64,000 bases of DNA from the human T2T-CHM13v2.0 reference genome, Homo sapiens. The translations under genes and the position numbers were made by a program. Shown here in pieces: positions 13,540-24,934 of the stretch. Below the pieces are notes generated by a model. It had not been told where the DNA came from. It did not search any database and saw only the letters and a list, made by a program, of their open reading frames with translations. Position 1 is the first letter of the stretch. Every line of letters begins with the position of its first letter. The DNA is taken from NCBI RefSeq assembly GCF_009914755.1, contig NC_060926.1, one strand, 5' to 3'.

Positions 13540-13725
13540 TACTAATCACTTTGATAAACATAATGTGCAATATCCCATTTGGTCCACTATTTTACAGATT
13601 AACAAGAGGCTAAGAGAAGAAGCAAAAGACTTGACCAAGTTTTCACAGATGGTAAACAGCAGAAAGGAGACTTGAGCCCAGAACGTCAGCTTGCAGAACC
13701 AGAGTCCATAACCAATATGGTACTG
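13540..13725 (-). mobile_element. MIR fragment
   Basis: ttttacagat...gaggctaagagaag...gacttgaccaagttttcacag...gacttgagcccag. Confidence 0.6.
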
Positions 13726-14590
13726 AGTTTGTCAGGAGTACCTATAAAGTTGCTTTGTGTGTCATGAACATTTCATGCAAGAAAATCTGCAAATGTATTA
13801 AAACAATAACTGAACCAAGACAGGCCTTCCACTCTTTGGAAAAGGCAATGCTGTCCTCTTAAGATATTTTACCTTCTTTATTTAGAAATTTAAATCTCTG
13901 AATGATGACTGAAAAAGGTGATCAAATTGTGTAATTTTTAATAAATGTTCTGGCCTTAGCTGAAAAGTAAAGATGGAGAAAACATCAGGTAGAAGTAAAT
14001 ATGGAGAAAATCTCACATAAATATTTAAGCCTCACACAGAGTGTTAGTGATTGGGCCTATGGTTCAGTCTAAGGCTCTCCATCTTGTTTGTCTCCAAATA
14101 AGAACAAAAGTTTCCCAGCATGTGGCCCCCAGGAAGCAGACTGATTGACAGCAAGTTCTCCCAAGTGCTGTAGAGGAGGCTTGTCAATCTTAAGTTTGCT
14201 CCAGTGTCAGGGAATTTGATTGTTTGCCAGTTCTACTTGGACATGGATTTACTCTGCCTGCAAATGCCCACCTTTCTGTACAGCATCTCATCTGCACCTC
14301 CAGAAAATAAACTGTGGTCTCAGTGAGGGGCAGGCACTGATATATTTTCTCCCATTTGGAATCACATGCTCACTTCTCTGCTTCCACAGCTTCCCCCATG
14401 AGGGTACTTAATTTCCTTATAATGAGTTGTCATAGATCCTTCCTCCTTACTACCTTACCAGCTCTGTGAGGACCAACAATTCCCTATTATATACGTTCGT
14501 AAATGATTAATAAATGTTTGGGGAGTAATAAATGGTTCAGCACAGGATTTTTCCACTAAGAGTTGCACAATTAAGAATATTCTAGGTATA

Positions 14591-14722
14591 TCTAGAGATC
14601 AGCTGTACAACATTATGCCTATAGTTAAAAATACCGTGTTGTGCATTACAACAATTGTTAAGAAGGTAGATCTCATGTGAAGTGTTCTTGCTATGGTAAT
14701 TAAAAAAAAAAAACTAAAAAAG
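14591..14722 (+). mobile_element. Short L1MA/L1MB 3'UTR fragment with A-tail and long TSD
   Basis: tctagagatcagctgtacaacattatgcctatagttaaaaata...gtagatctcatgtgaagtgttctt + A-run; flanked by gaata/cttctaggtatatcta (14575-14594, 14724-14743). Confidence 0.75.
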
Positions 14723-15579
14723 AGAATCTTCTAGGTATATCTAAAAGGATGACCCAAACCAGAATGTAAAGGAGCCTTTAGAAAAACTAACACTGCAGCA
14801 TCCACACACAAACCAGCTGGGACTAGTGTCATTCCTGGATGGAGTCAAGGTTTGCATTGCGGCCAATGCCCCTCCCTTGAAGAGGGGATTATTCAGGGTG
14901 GCCCAGGTCTCCTCCATACTTCTGGGTCCACACCTCCACCCACTTTAAGTTCCATCAAATCTGTGTGATTTGGCTTCCAGATTGTCTCCCACACAGAGGA
15001 GGGTTCCTGGCAGGGTTGGTGTCCAGGACTTCTCAGTGAGGACTTGAGTCCATTAGCTCAGAAATCCTGTTCCTTCTTCACTGGGTGCTTTCTTGAGACT
15101 GGGCCAAGTCATGGTATTTCATTAGGATAATAAAAAAGGAGAAAGTCAGGCTTAGAATTTGAAAACCTCTCACATAATAAAAGCTGACTGGTAATTTATG
15201 GCTGTTCCACTTGAAGGTGACTTTGGGATCAATAGACACTCTAGCTGGACTTCCAGAGATTCGATTCATAAAGGCTCCCAAAGCCTTTGAATGGGCTGCT
15301 TCAGCCACTCATCTCCCAGAAGGCGGCCAGCACCATGCAGCTTGTTCCCGGGCTGGCAGTCTTGTTAGCTGGGTGGTGGTCTGCTGCCTGCTTCCCTCCT
15401 GTCTCTGTCTTGAAGATAATTCCACCTAACACAGTTAAGCAGCACGGCCCTTTGGTGGTGCCTAAGACTTTTTGGGCTTTGTCCAGATGCTTCCTCATCA
15501 CTGAGAAGAAGAAGACCTGACCTGCATTCCAATTTCCTTCTCACATCCAGACCATGACGTTTCCACAGTCTGAAAGCTG

Positions 15580-15793
15580 TTCCTCTCTCCAGGGGTACTC
15601 AGTAGAAGTGGGCAGGCCTCAGTTTCCCTCTCATAATGGCTATCTAGGACCTTTTTCTAAGAATGTGGGTCTCAGGGATCTCTCTTCTTCTCAGGCAGAG
15701 CCTGAGGTGTGCACTAAAATAAATCAATGGCTCTGAGAATGTCTCTTCTCTGGGACCACAGAACCCACTTTGGTTTCCTTCTTCCTAAGGGCC
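15580..15793 (+). repeat. Local duplication, copy 1 (214 bp)
   Basis: Ungapped hand alignment to 18694-18907, 17 mismatches (92%). Confidence 0.95.
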
Positions 15794-17104
15794 AAGATTG
15801 CAAGCCATGATTCATGGCTTTTCTGGCACAGTTGGCCTTCCCAGTCCTGGCCCTTCCCTCTCTGGGAAGAGTCTTCACAGCCATGAGTGAGGCTTCTGGG
15901 TCCCAGGTCTTATTTAGTCTGAGTGGACTCCATTTCCTTTCTTTTTGGATAATGCACTGCTGTCCTGCCCTTGGTCAGCTAATCCTCTCCTGTCCCTGGT
16001 CTAGCCTCTGTGTAGCCTTCTGACCTCTGGAGACAGGAAGTGCAGAGATAGCATATTGCCCAGAGCTCCTGACACAAGGCTCGTCCTGCCCACGATGGAT
16101 TCTTTCCTCTGAAGCCATGTGTTTGTCAATGACTTCATGTTGAGATTTGATTTATTGGGCATCTTTCCCGTGTACAGCTCTGTGGTAGGTGTTAGGTGAT
16201 GTGAGAATACAGAAATGATTCATGGACTCTTATCCTCAAAGAGTTGCAGTCTTAGGGCAGATATGACAGGAGCACAAATAACTAGGAATTGTGGTGAAGC
16301 ATAAGGGCCATAATGGTGGTAAAAAATAAAAGCCCACAGACATTTAGAAGAGAAGTTATTTCTAGGTTGATGAGATGAATTAATTATACTTAATTTATGT
16401 GCTTTCTAGTTGGTATTTATCTATGAGGTTTGTGCAAAGATGAGTGGTCAGAAGCTTACTTGTTCTGGGTTCTCCTAAGAATGGGGTATTTCTCTAAATC
16501 TTCACTTTGGATTGGACCCTCCCACCACCCCTGGTCATGGGCCTGAAACCACATAAACTGCTAGGGCTCAGCTAGATGCAGAGATGCAGAGATGCAGAGA
16601 AGCATGGGCATATTTGAGGGAGGCCCCGAGGCCATGCTGTCAGAAGTCCAGCAGCAAAGTCCCCCTGGATCTTCCTTTTTGGGGCGTCTCTCTCAGGAAG
16701 CTGATGAATCCACGAGCAGATCGCCGACGCAGTCTCAAATCAATACCCCTGACTGGCAAGACAGGTCCCTGTGCTATTAGGAGTGGTGACAGCTTTCAGA
16801 TGGGGCATAAACCAATTGTTAAAGACCGTCCACATTATTCACCAGGGTGGGAGAATTCATTTTAGTATCCGGGAAAAACAGCCGTTTGGGTAATTACATT
16901 CTGTTTCCCCTCGTCTCTGCTAATGCATTAGCAGGAGATAATATTCCACATTCCAAGTCCAGAACCATCCCACAGAGCTGCTATTAAACAGCTGTCACCT
17001 TCCTCCCCATAACTGGATGCATTTCTCAGCAGGAAGAATGACTCCCTGTATGCTGGCTGCATCAATCCTGGCGCGTAGGAAATGCATTTGCTGGAGCTAC
17101 AGGC

Positions 17105-17230
17105 AATGCGTTATAGTGGGAAAACACTGGGCCAGCAGTGGAGAAGCTGAGCTGTGGTTCTGACTCAGCTGTGACTTGCTATGTAACCTTGGGTAAGTCA
17201 CTTAATCTCTCTGGTGCTAGGGCTTCCCAA
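17105..17230 (+). mobile_element. MIR fragment
   Basis: gcgttatagtgggaaaacactgg...gctatgtaaccttgggtaagtcacttaatctctctg. Confidence 0.7.
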
Positions 17231-17589
17231 GTTGTAAGGCTGGGACAGGCGATCCCTGTGGGGTCTGCAATTTGGGGTCACCATGTAGGGTCTTTTTCAG
17301 TGGGGCACAGGCTCTCCCAGGACTTCTGCTTTGGGCTGGAAACCCTCAAAACTGGTTGGCCACGTGATCCTTGTATATTGTGGCCTATATCTACAACCGC
17401 TATCTGGTTGGAGGTCCTGGTTCTTTGTTTATTGACTGAAGGCTTAACTTGGTTTATGCCCCATTTGAAAGCTGTCACCATTCCTTCGACTGTCTTTGAA
17501 ACAAATAATCTTTAGCCCATCCTTTTTCATCACTTCATTGTTCCTCATGAGCCATAGCAGACCTCTGACCCTGCCCCAAGTAATGGGAA

Positions 17590-17900
17590 ATTAGGGAGAG
17601 AAGGATGGAGAAAGGACACAAAGGCTTAGGGGGTCAGACAAGAAGTGGAAAAAGGGAAGGACCTGGAGGAGAAACAGAGAAAGGAAGACAAAGGATGGAA
17701 AGTGAAAGGGAGGGCTCCGGAATGGATTGATGGGTGGTGGGCAGGAAGAATCGAAGAGAACAGGGGGAAAGAAGGAGTTACTGGATGGAACAAAAAAGGA
17801 GCCAAATACAGGAGAAGGACGGGAGGTAATGGGAAGAAGTTCTGGAAGTTGGAGAAATTCATTTCCTTCCTTCTCTTTTTCCTTCCTTCCTTCTTTCTTT
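17590..17900. repeat. GA-rich then CT-rich low-complexity tract
   Basis: Purine-rich to ~17860, then (CCTT)n-like. Confidence 0.7.
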
Positions 17901-18693
17901 CCTGCCAACAAACACTAGCAACTCACAATCTGGCACATAGTATTCAGCTTCAATATTCTAGGTGCTAAAGAGGCAAACATGAAGAAAACATGGTTCTTGC
18001 ATACAAGGAGCTGACAGTATATTAGAAGGAGGCAGAGGGTTAAATGTGTGACAAGGTGTGGAAAGACCCTCCTAAGAGGGGTGTGTCCACAGTTACGGGA
18101 ATCTATCAGTGCTCCTGGGGAGAGGGAAGGAGAGTTTGGAGAGGTGTCATGGAGCTGGATGGATCCCAGGAGATGAGTAGAATGTCTGTGCTCTTCTGTT
18201 CTGCACTCACTCTGTGGCTTTGTTGTATTATCATCCTTCACACAGTCACTGCATCCTCCCCCATTTCCACAGCACTGCGTCTCATTCACCTCACTATATT
18301 GTAGTCCCTTCTTTATCTGTCTTATCCACTGTACTGAGCTCTTTAAGGCCAGAAAACTTGGTTTAATTGCCTTCATATTTATATTGCCCGGCACCTAGTT
18401 TGATGCCAGCAAATAGCAGGTACAATCCCCACTCCCAAACAAACAAATGAACAAACAAACAAACAGAAAAAACATTGAATGAAATGCAAGGCATATATAA
18501 TTTCTCTTCCATTGGTTCCCATTTACATGGGTTGCTACAACAGTAACTCCCCATCTAGTATTTCCATCACATCACCACCATTGTGTGTGGAAGGAAGGGG
18601 AAGATGTTTCTGGGAATGTTTTCATCAACATCCATGACTTGCCTGGCTGCTTTTCCCTTTCCATTTTCCTTCCCTTCCCTTTGTACTTGCCTC

Positions 18694-18907
18694 TTCCTCT
18701 CTCCAGGAGTCCTCAGTAAAAGTGGGCAAGCCCCAGTTTCTCTCTCATAATGGCTATCTAGAACCTTTTTCTAAGAATGTGGGTTTCAGGGATCTCTTCT
18801 CTTCTCAGGCAGAGCCTGGGGTATGCACTAACATAAATCAATGGCTCTGGGAATGTCTCTTCTCTGGAACCACAGAACCCACTTTGGCTTCCTTCTTCCT
18901 AGGGGCC
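18694..18907 (+). repeat. Local duplication, copy 2 (214 bp)
   Basis: See copy 1; preceded by a long pyrimidine tract. Confidence 0.95.
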
Positions 18908-21900
18908 TTCACCGATGACAGCTGGGCTGTTTCTTGGATAACAGCATATCTAGGGAACTGGAGGCATAGCCTTCTCCATGGAGTGGCGCCTTTCTGAGCT
19001 CACAGCCCTCAGCCCCAGAGAGGTCTGTCTCCTGACTTGAAAGTGTAGGTAGAAATCACCTGGCCTCATCTCTCACACCCTCATGAGAGCTCTGCTTCTA
19101 CTGAGACATGTCTTCTAGCTGGGTGAGCTTGCTGGAGTACCACCACTTCTGGATCTGTAGGCCAGGACTGTATGGCTACCTAGACTGTAGTTGTCTTGGC
19201 ATGTATACAGGTGATTCAGTCTATCTTCCTGGGGGAATAGTACCTTTTAATCTTTGTACACAAGCCCAGGGGCCTCAGTGATGGACACATTTTAAAAATC
19301 CAAGTAAGTAACTCTTTAATTCATCATTCTCACCTCTGAAAGCAAGATTCTTGGAAAGCTGATACAATTTGAGTCAACAATTCAGACTCAGCCATCTCTT
19401 CAGAAAAGTTATTAAAAACACATCGAGGAACCCAGATTTCATTCTGTTTGAGAGCATTGAGAGAATATATAATAATACTATAGCTGGAAACTGAAGTAAC
19501 ATGGGCATGAGGTGGCATCCCCTTTTCTAGGAGACTTCTTTCTTCCTCCCATTTGGGAGTGAGATCACAAAACCCTTCAATGCTCTCACCAAACTAAATC
19601 TAAGTCCTTAAAGTGTCACCCAACCTCACAGTTCCTTATTATTATGGGCTATAAACACAGATTCAAAATGGGGAAAATCTGAATATTACTGTACTAATAT
19701 TCTACATTGAATTAGAATCCTTCATGGTTAGAGATTAACGAAAGGGAGGCTATTCAGATACATGTGTCTAAGACAGCCACCCAAGTTCTACGGCAGATAC
19801 CTGGTGTTTTCAGACCCAGAAAATAAATGCCCAGCTTGGGTCATGATAACACCTGGAATGGCTGAGAGGCTTTGGTTGCTGTTGTTTCTCTGTCCCCTCC
19901 TGGAAGGGGAAATGGAGTATGGTGAGTTGCTATGGTGACTTCTCTGCATCATGGGTCGGAGGTGGAGCTGGGGAAGGACCAGCTAACCAAGTCAGCTCAC
20001 CATGGACTTCATGTCACTGCTTAGAAAGGCCAGAAGACCCTGGCACACTTGCAGCAGAAGGGAATGGGGTTCTGATAGAAATCCTGCCAGTTCCTTCTGA
20101 AGGACACACCATCCTTGAGCATGGAGCCAACTATCCTTCCTTACATACATCCTGGATTTCACTATCAAGAAAACTGAAGCCCAGTGTAGGGTCCTTGCTA
20201 AGCATTTCTTAGAAAAATGGTCAAAGAAGAGTCAGGGCTCCAGACAGTGGTCAGGAGGCTTCCCAAGGCTGGGTGAGGCCATCCTTGTAGAGACCAAATG
20301 TGGAACAGGGAACAGGCGTGGGTGACGGAGCAATCCTTACATTTCATTTAGTCTTATTAATTAATTCATCCATTCATCATCCAACACTGAGCCCATCTTT
20401 ATGATGCACATATTATTTTGAGCATTGTACCATCATGTGAGTTAGCAGGACACATTTTGGTGAATGAAGGCTGAGAAGAGGAAGAGGAGGAAATAGAGAA
20501 CTTGATGGGAAAGAAGGAAGAGAATTAGCTTGTTTTGAACATTTCTTGTGCCAGTGTGTTACATAGGTTGTCTCACTGAGTCTAAACCCATCCCTATAAG
20601 GTTGGCATTATAATGATTCCTATTTTGCAATGAGAAATACCAATGCTCAGAGAGGTTGAGTTCGGTGGATGCTGTTTGTGGCTCCAAAATTTTTTTCACC
20701 GAGGTGTGCTGTCCTCAGGGAATTTACCATCTAGATTAGCAGGAACACATTCTCATGTGTGTTGGCTGAAGCAAGAGTTGCTAGACTCTGCCCAAAACAT
20801 AGACTTTTACTTAAAATAAAATTGTTTTACATGAGAAGTCATGAGCAGCAGGTAATTTAAGGCCAGTTAGTGCCAAATGTGCAGTTTAAACATAGGAAGC
20901 ACTCACAGATGCCTCAGGGAGATGAAATGAGATTTGTGATGGTGCTTGATGAACAGATGGGATTAGGGCAGGGTGATGGCCATCTCTGGCCCAGTCAGAG
21001 GACAGGTTATGGATCTGGTTGAGCCCAGTTGTTGGACTTAGAGGCTGGGCAGGCAGGTTGGGGCCAGAGAAAGAGGGTCCAGCTCCAAGGTCTCCAAACT
21101 TTATTCTACAGATGATGGGGACCTTGTGCAGGAAAAAGACGCAAGTGGTGCTTTCCAAAAATGAATCAGAACACACTCTGCATCCTGTCTTCAGTCATCA
21201 TCTTTTGCCAGGAGATAATTTGGTGTAAAACTAAAGGATTTACCTAGAGTTCTACAAGCTCTGAATCTGACTCAGGACTACAATCGATACCAAAAAGGGT
21301 TGGGTATTTAATGGAACATCAGAATTTTAAAATATTTTGAGTTCTTTATCTCCCATCATAACTGTCATGGAAATTTTCTCCATAAAGACCTTTATAAAAG
21401 GGCACTGATACCTCTCTCTGGTGATTATTTTAGCTAGAGACAGCTGGACAACTAGAGTCTGGGGATGTGGCACTACAATGAGATCATTATTATGACAATT
21501 ACGACTCAAAATATGGTGATGCTTTGCAACATCGCCTGAGGTTTCTTTTTCCTGAGCTTTGCAGACCCAATCCTTCATTTCCCTCCATTTAGAGAGCCGC
21601 TAGTGCTTTTTCTGCACACTACTTTGGGTTGGGGAGGGCAGATACACTTGAAAATACAGATTTTTAGCAGTAAGATATGGACTATTTGAGAGTGAAATTA
21701 CATCCTTGAGTCTAAAAAGCTAAACTTTGAATATCTGGAACCAAGAATTGATAGGCCCCAAAACCTAGATTTGTAGTCAAAAGTCACAGAGTGAGGCAGA
21801 ATGTGCAGTGATGTGGAACAGACCCTGTGGGCTGGGAGCAGAGAGAAATAGACAAGGAGAGCATGAGAGGGGCCCTGCAGGAGCAACAAGGTGGGTGCAT

Positions 21901-22750
21901 TCCCTACCTGAGACTTTACCAGAAAGGTTGAGGGAGCTTGGGAACCAGATGACCTGTGTGCCCCAAGTTAGCACTGGACCGCTTTGGTAGTCAGGGGAGT
22001 TGAGGAGGGCAGTGGGGAGCCCTTGGCAGATAGGGCCTGGGAACCCAGAGAAGCATAGGAGAGCTTTGAGGGTCTCAGTGTCGCCCTGAGAGGGGCCCAG
22101 AGGTGGTCGAGAGGGTGTGGGCAGACCTGGAGGTCCTGTGGATGGAGACAGAGTGATCTGTGTGGACCTAATGACCTGCCAGCAAGGACTCCTTCAGTCA
22201 CACTCAGGCTGGGCCCATGACCAGAGACCAACATGGAGTGAGTCTCAGTGGAGAAGGGAGTAGATGGCTCTTCCAATACTAGGATGATACAGAAGCCTTC
22301 CCATGTTTACTTACACTTCAGAGGAATGATATGGAGAATGAGAGAAGAACAATTCTGAATTATCTGATTATCTATCCAAAAGGGAGGAAAAAATTGCCAA
22401 GTGTCAGAGTTTACTCTAAATTAGTTAGATTAAGCTGTTTGCCATTGACGGAAATGGGTTTTCCAAAGAGCTAAGTTTAATTTTTAATTTTTGCATATAG
22501 AATGTAAGATTTATATTCTCTATATGCTCCTGAAGGTCCTTTCCAATTGGTCAGTTCTTTCATATTCCAGCTGGTCTGGCTTTTCTTCCTCCCGTCATTA
22601 CTCTCTTTTCAAACACGCCGCTTCCCTGGGCTGAGCTTGGGCCGTCCTCTTTTTGAAAATACAAGCCGAGATATAAGGTTCTAGTGTGCCTATTATCCAT
22701 TTAATAATTTATCTGGATGCCATGTGTTCCATTTATTTCAGTGTGTGCAT

Positions 22751-22822
22751 CCAGTATGTGCCAGGCTCTGTGCTGGAGGGTGACTGAGCAACCAGTGTGT
22801 GCCAGGCTCTGTGCTGGAGGGT
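22751..22822 (+). repeat. 41-bp-period tandem duplication in an L2-like fragment
   Basis: ccagt(a/g)tgtgccaggctctgtgctggagggt at 22751 and 22792. Confidence 0.85.
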
Positions 22823-24881
22823 AAGGATTCGGGACAAAGGTTCCAGTGTATTGAGAAACATAAACACAGAGACTTTAAAGTCATTTTCTAATATTTTCAA
22901 GATTAAGAAGGGCAGGGAGCAGTCAAAGAAACAACAGAATAGGAGGTTAAAAACTCATGACTTGGCCACTTGGTAGCTGTAGAACCATAATGTCTTTGGG
23001 ATTCAATCTGCTAATCTGTAAAATGAGGGAGGAAGGAAGACAAAGAAATCCTTTAGATCCTTTCCAGATGTTAAATTATATGACTCTTGTGAGTTTCAAC
23101 AGTACAAAATTGTATAGTCAACTGAAACCCCAGGGGGCAAGAGAGGTGACAGGATATAGCAAATTCTTCTGTTCCATTGTAAGATCCTCAGAGCAGTGGC
23201 AAGGTTACACCTTAAGCAACTCATGCTGGGGTGCGTACATAATTGATCAGCTCCCTGAGTAGTGCTGGCAGTGCTCGGGACCTAGGGAAGGAGTTTCTAG
23301 ATGTTGTGTATTGAAGGGCCCATTCTTGCAATTTATTATTATTGTTATTATTGTCATTGCTGTTATTATATTGGCAGGGGAGAATCTAGAATCTAAGCTT
23401 ATGCTACTTGGCTTATTTGTCTTTGCCTATAATTACAAAGTTGAATGCCTATGTAAAGTGATTAAATGAATCTCTGAAATCATCTGAAATATTAATATAT
23501 TTGCCTTATTTACATTTTCTAGCTACTGATCTCAATTTCCTACTCAGCTTTGTGTTTATAGTTTCCCGTGCCGCACCATTTTGACTCACTTTTTCATTCA
23601 CTCTTTCAACATTTTACAAAAATTCATGGAGCCTCCATTTTGTCCCAGGCTTTGAGCCAAACACCAGGGATGTGGAGATAAAGGGGATGGCTTAGTGTTT
23701 AGCAGGAGGGAAAAATAACAGACGCTAAAGTCAAATAGGCTGTGGCACTTGGATGACCCACCTGGGTAATGGGAAGCCTTGCTTGAGCTTGCCAGAGCTT
23801 TGCAGACAGAACACTGGGCTGCTCCTCATATCATATGGAATGAGATTGCCTGTGTGCCAGAACCAAGGGCTGGGATGGTGGTACAGTGGGAGGAATTCTA
23901 CACCCCACAAAATAACTTGTCAAATGGTGGCTGTGTGACTTCCTTTCCAATTTTTTTCATCTCTGAAAAGCAACACTCAGTGATGAGAGACAGTGGCCCC
24001 TCATACGTCAGCGGAATTTCTGGTGATGTTGCAACAGGTAATATAATAACATGAGTATGCAAATAAAATTTTCAAAAATCCAAAGAATTTGAATTCTCTA
24101 GTAAAGTCTCCTGCCTTGGTTCTAGAAGTAGGGCTTCTTGTTGCAAAATCAAATTACCAGGTGGTGGGGAAATGGACAGACCAGTTTATATGTCTGATAG
24201 GGAATATACCAGGTAGGGAAATTTCACTTTCCTTAATACAAGCTCAGAACTTCCAGGTTGGGCACAAAAGGAGAACTTCATAGAGTGGGAAGTGGTAAGA
24301 CCTCATAGCCTTTTTCTCCCTTTCTCTCTCTTTTCTTCCCTGTCTTCCTCCTCCTTTTTCTGAGACTTGGCATTTGTTTGGAGTATCCCATGGATCACTA
24401 CTGCCATCATCCATCTGTTCTCAGGGGTGATATTTAAACCCTTTAAAACCCTGGCAAAAGCCTAGTCAAAACTCTGGGAGTACAACCAAGATAAGCTGGA
24501 ACGTTCAATATGATTTTACTGAAGACTAGGAAAAGACAAGGGCAAAACAAATAAACAAACATACATCAAAAAACCGCCAGCACTCGCCATGAATTTAAGG
24601 CTCTGTGCTTTGCTGACCCCAGAAGAGAAAAGACTCTTCTCAAGACCCTGCTTTCCAGTGTCTTCCCATGCAGAGACTGCAATCTTAGCTCCAATGTAAC
24701 TTCTTGACACTCACAGGAAAATGCTGGACCTTCTTATCTACCTAGAGCCTTGCTTTTGCCATGTGACTGGCACTAGGGAAGACCTCAGCCTTGGATAAGA
24801 CCTCAATCTCTAATTAAAGACCTCAGCCTTGCCCCTGAGGTCCTCTTTAGGATCACCACATTCAAATGCCTCCTTGCTGGT

Positions 24882-24934
24882 TGTGTGTGTGTGCACACGT
24901 GCATATTTGTGTGTGTGTGTGTGTGTGTGTGTGT
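24882..24934. repeat. Interrupted (TG)n microsatellite
   Basis: tgtgtgtgtgtgcacacgtgcatatttgtgtgtgtg... Confidence 0.9.

Noticed and set aside
17591-18394. 106-159 aa ORFs in GA/CT-rich and L2-like sequence
   Set aside because: Low-complexity or repeat-derived open frames with no splice or homology support.
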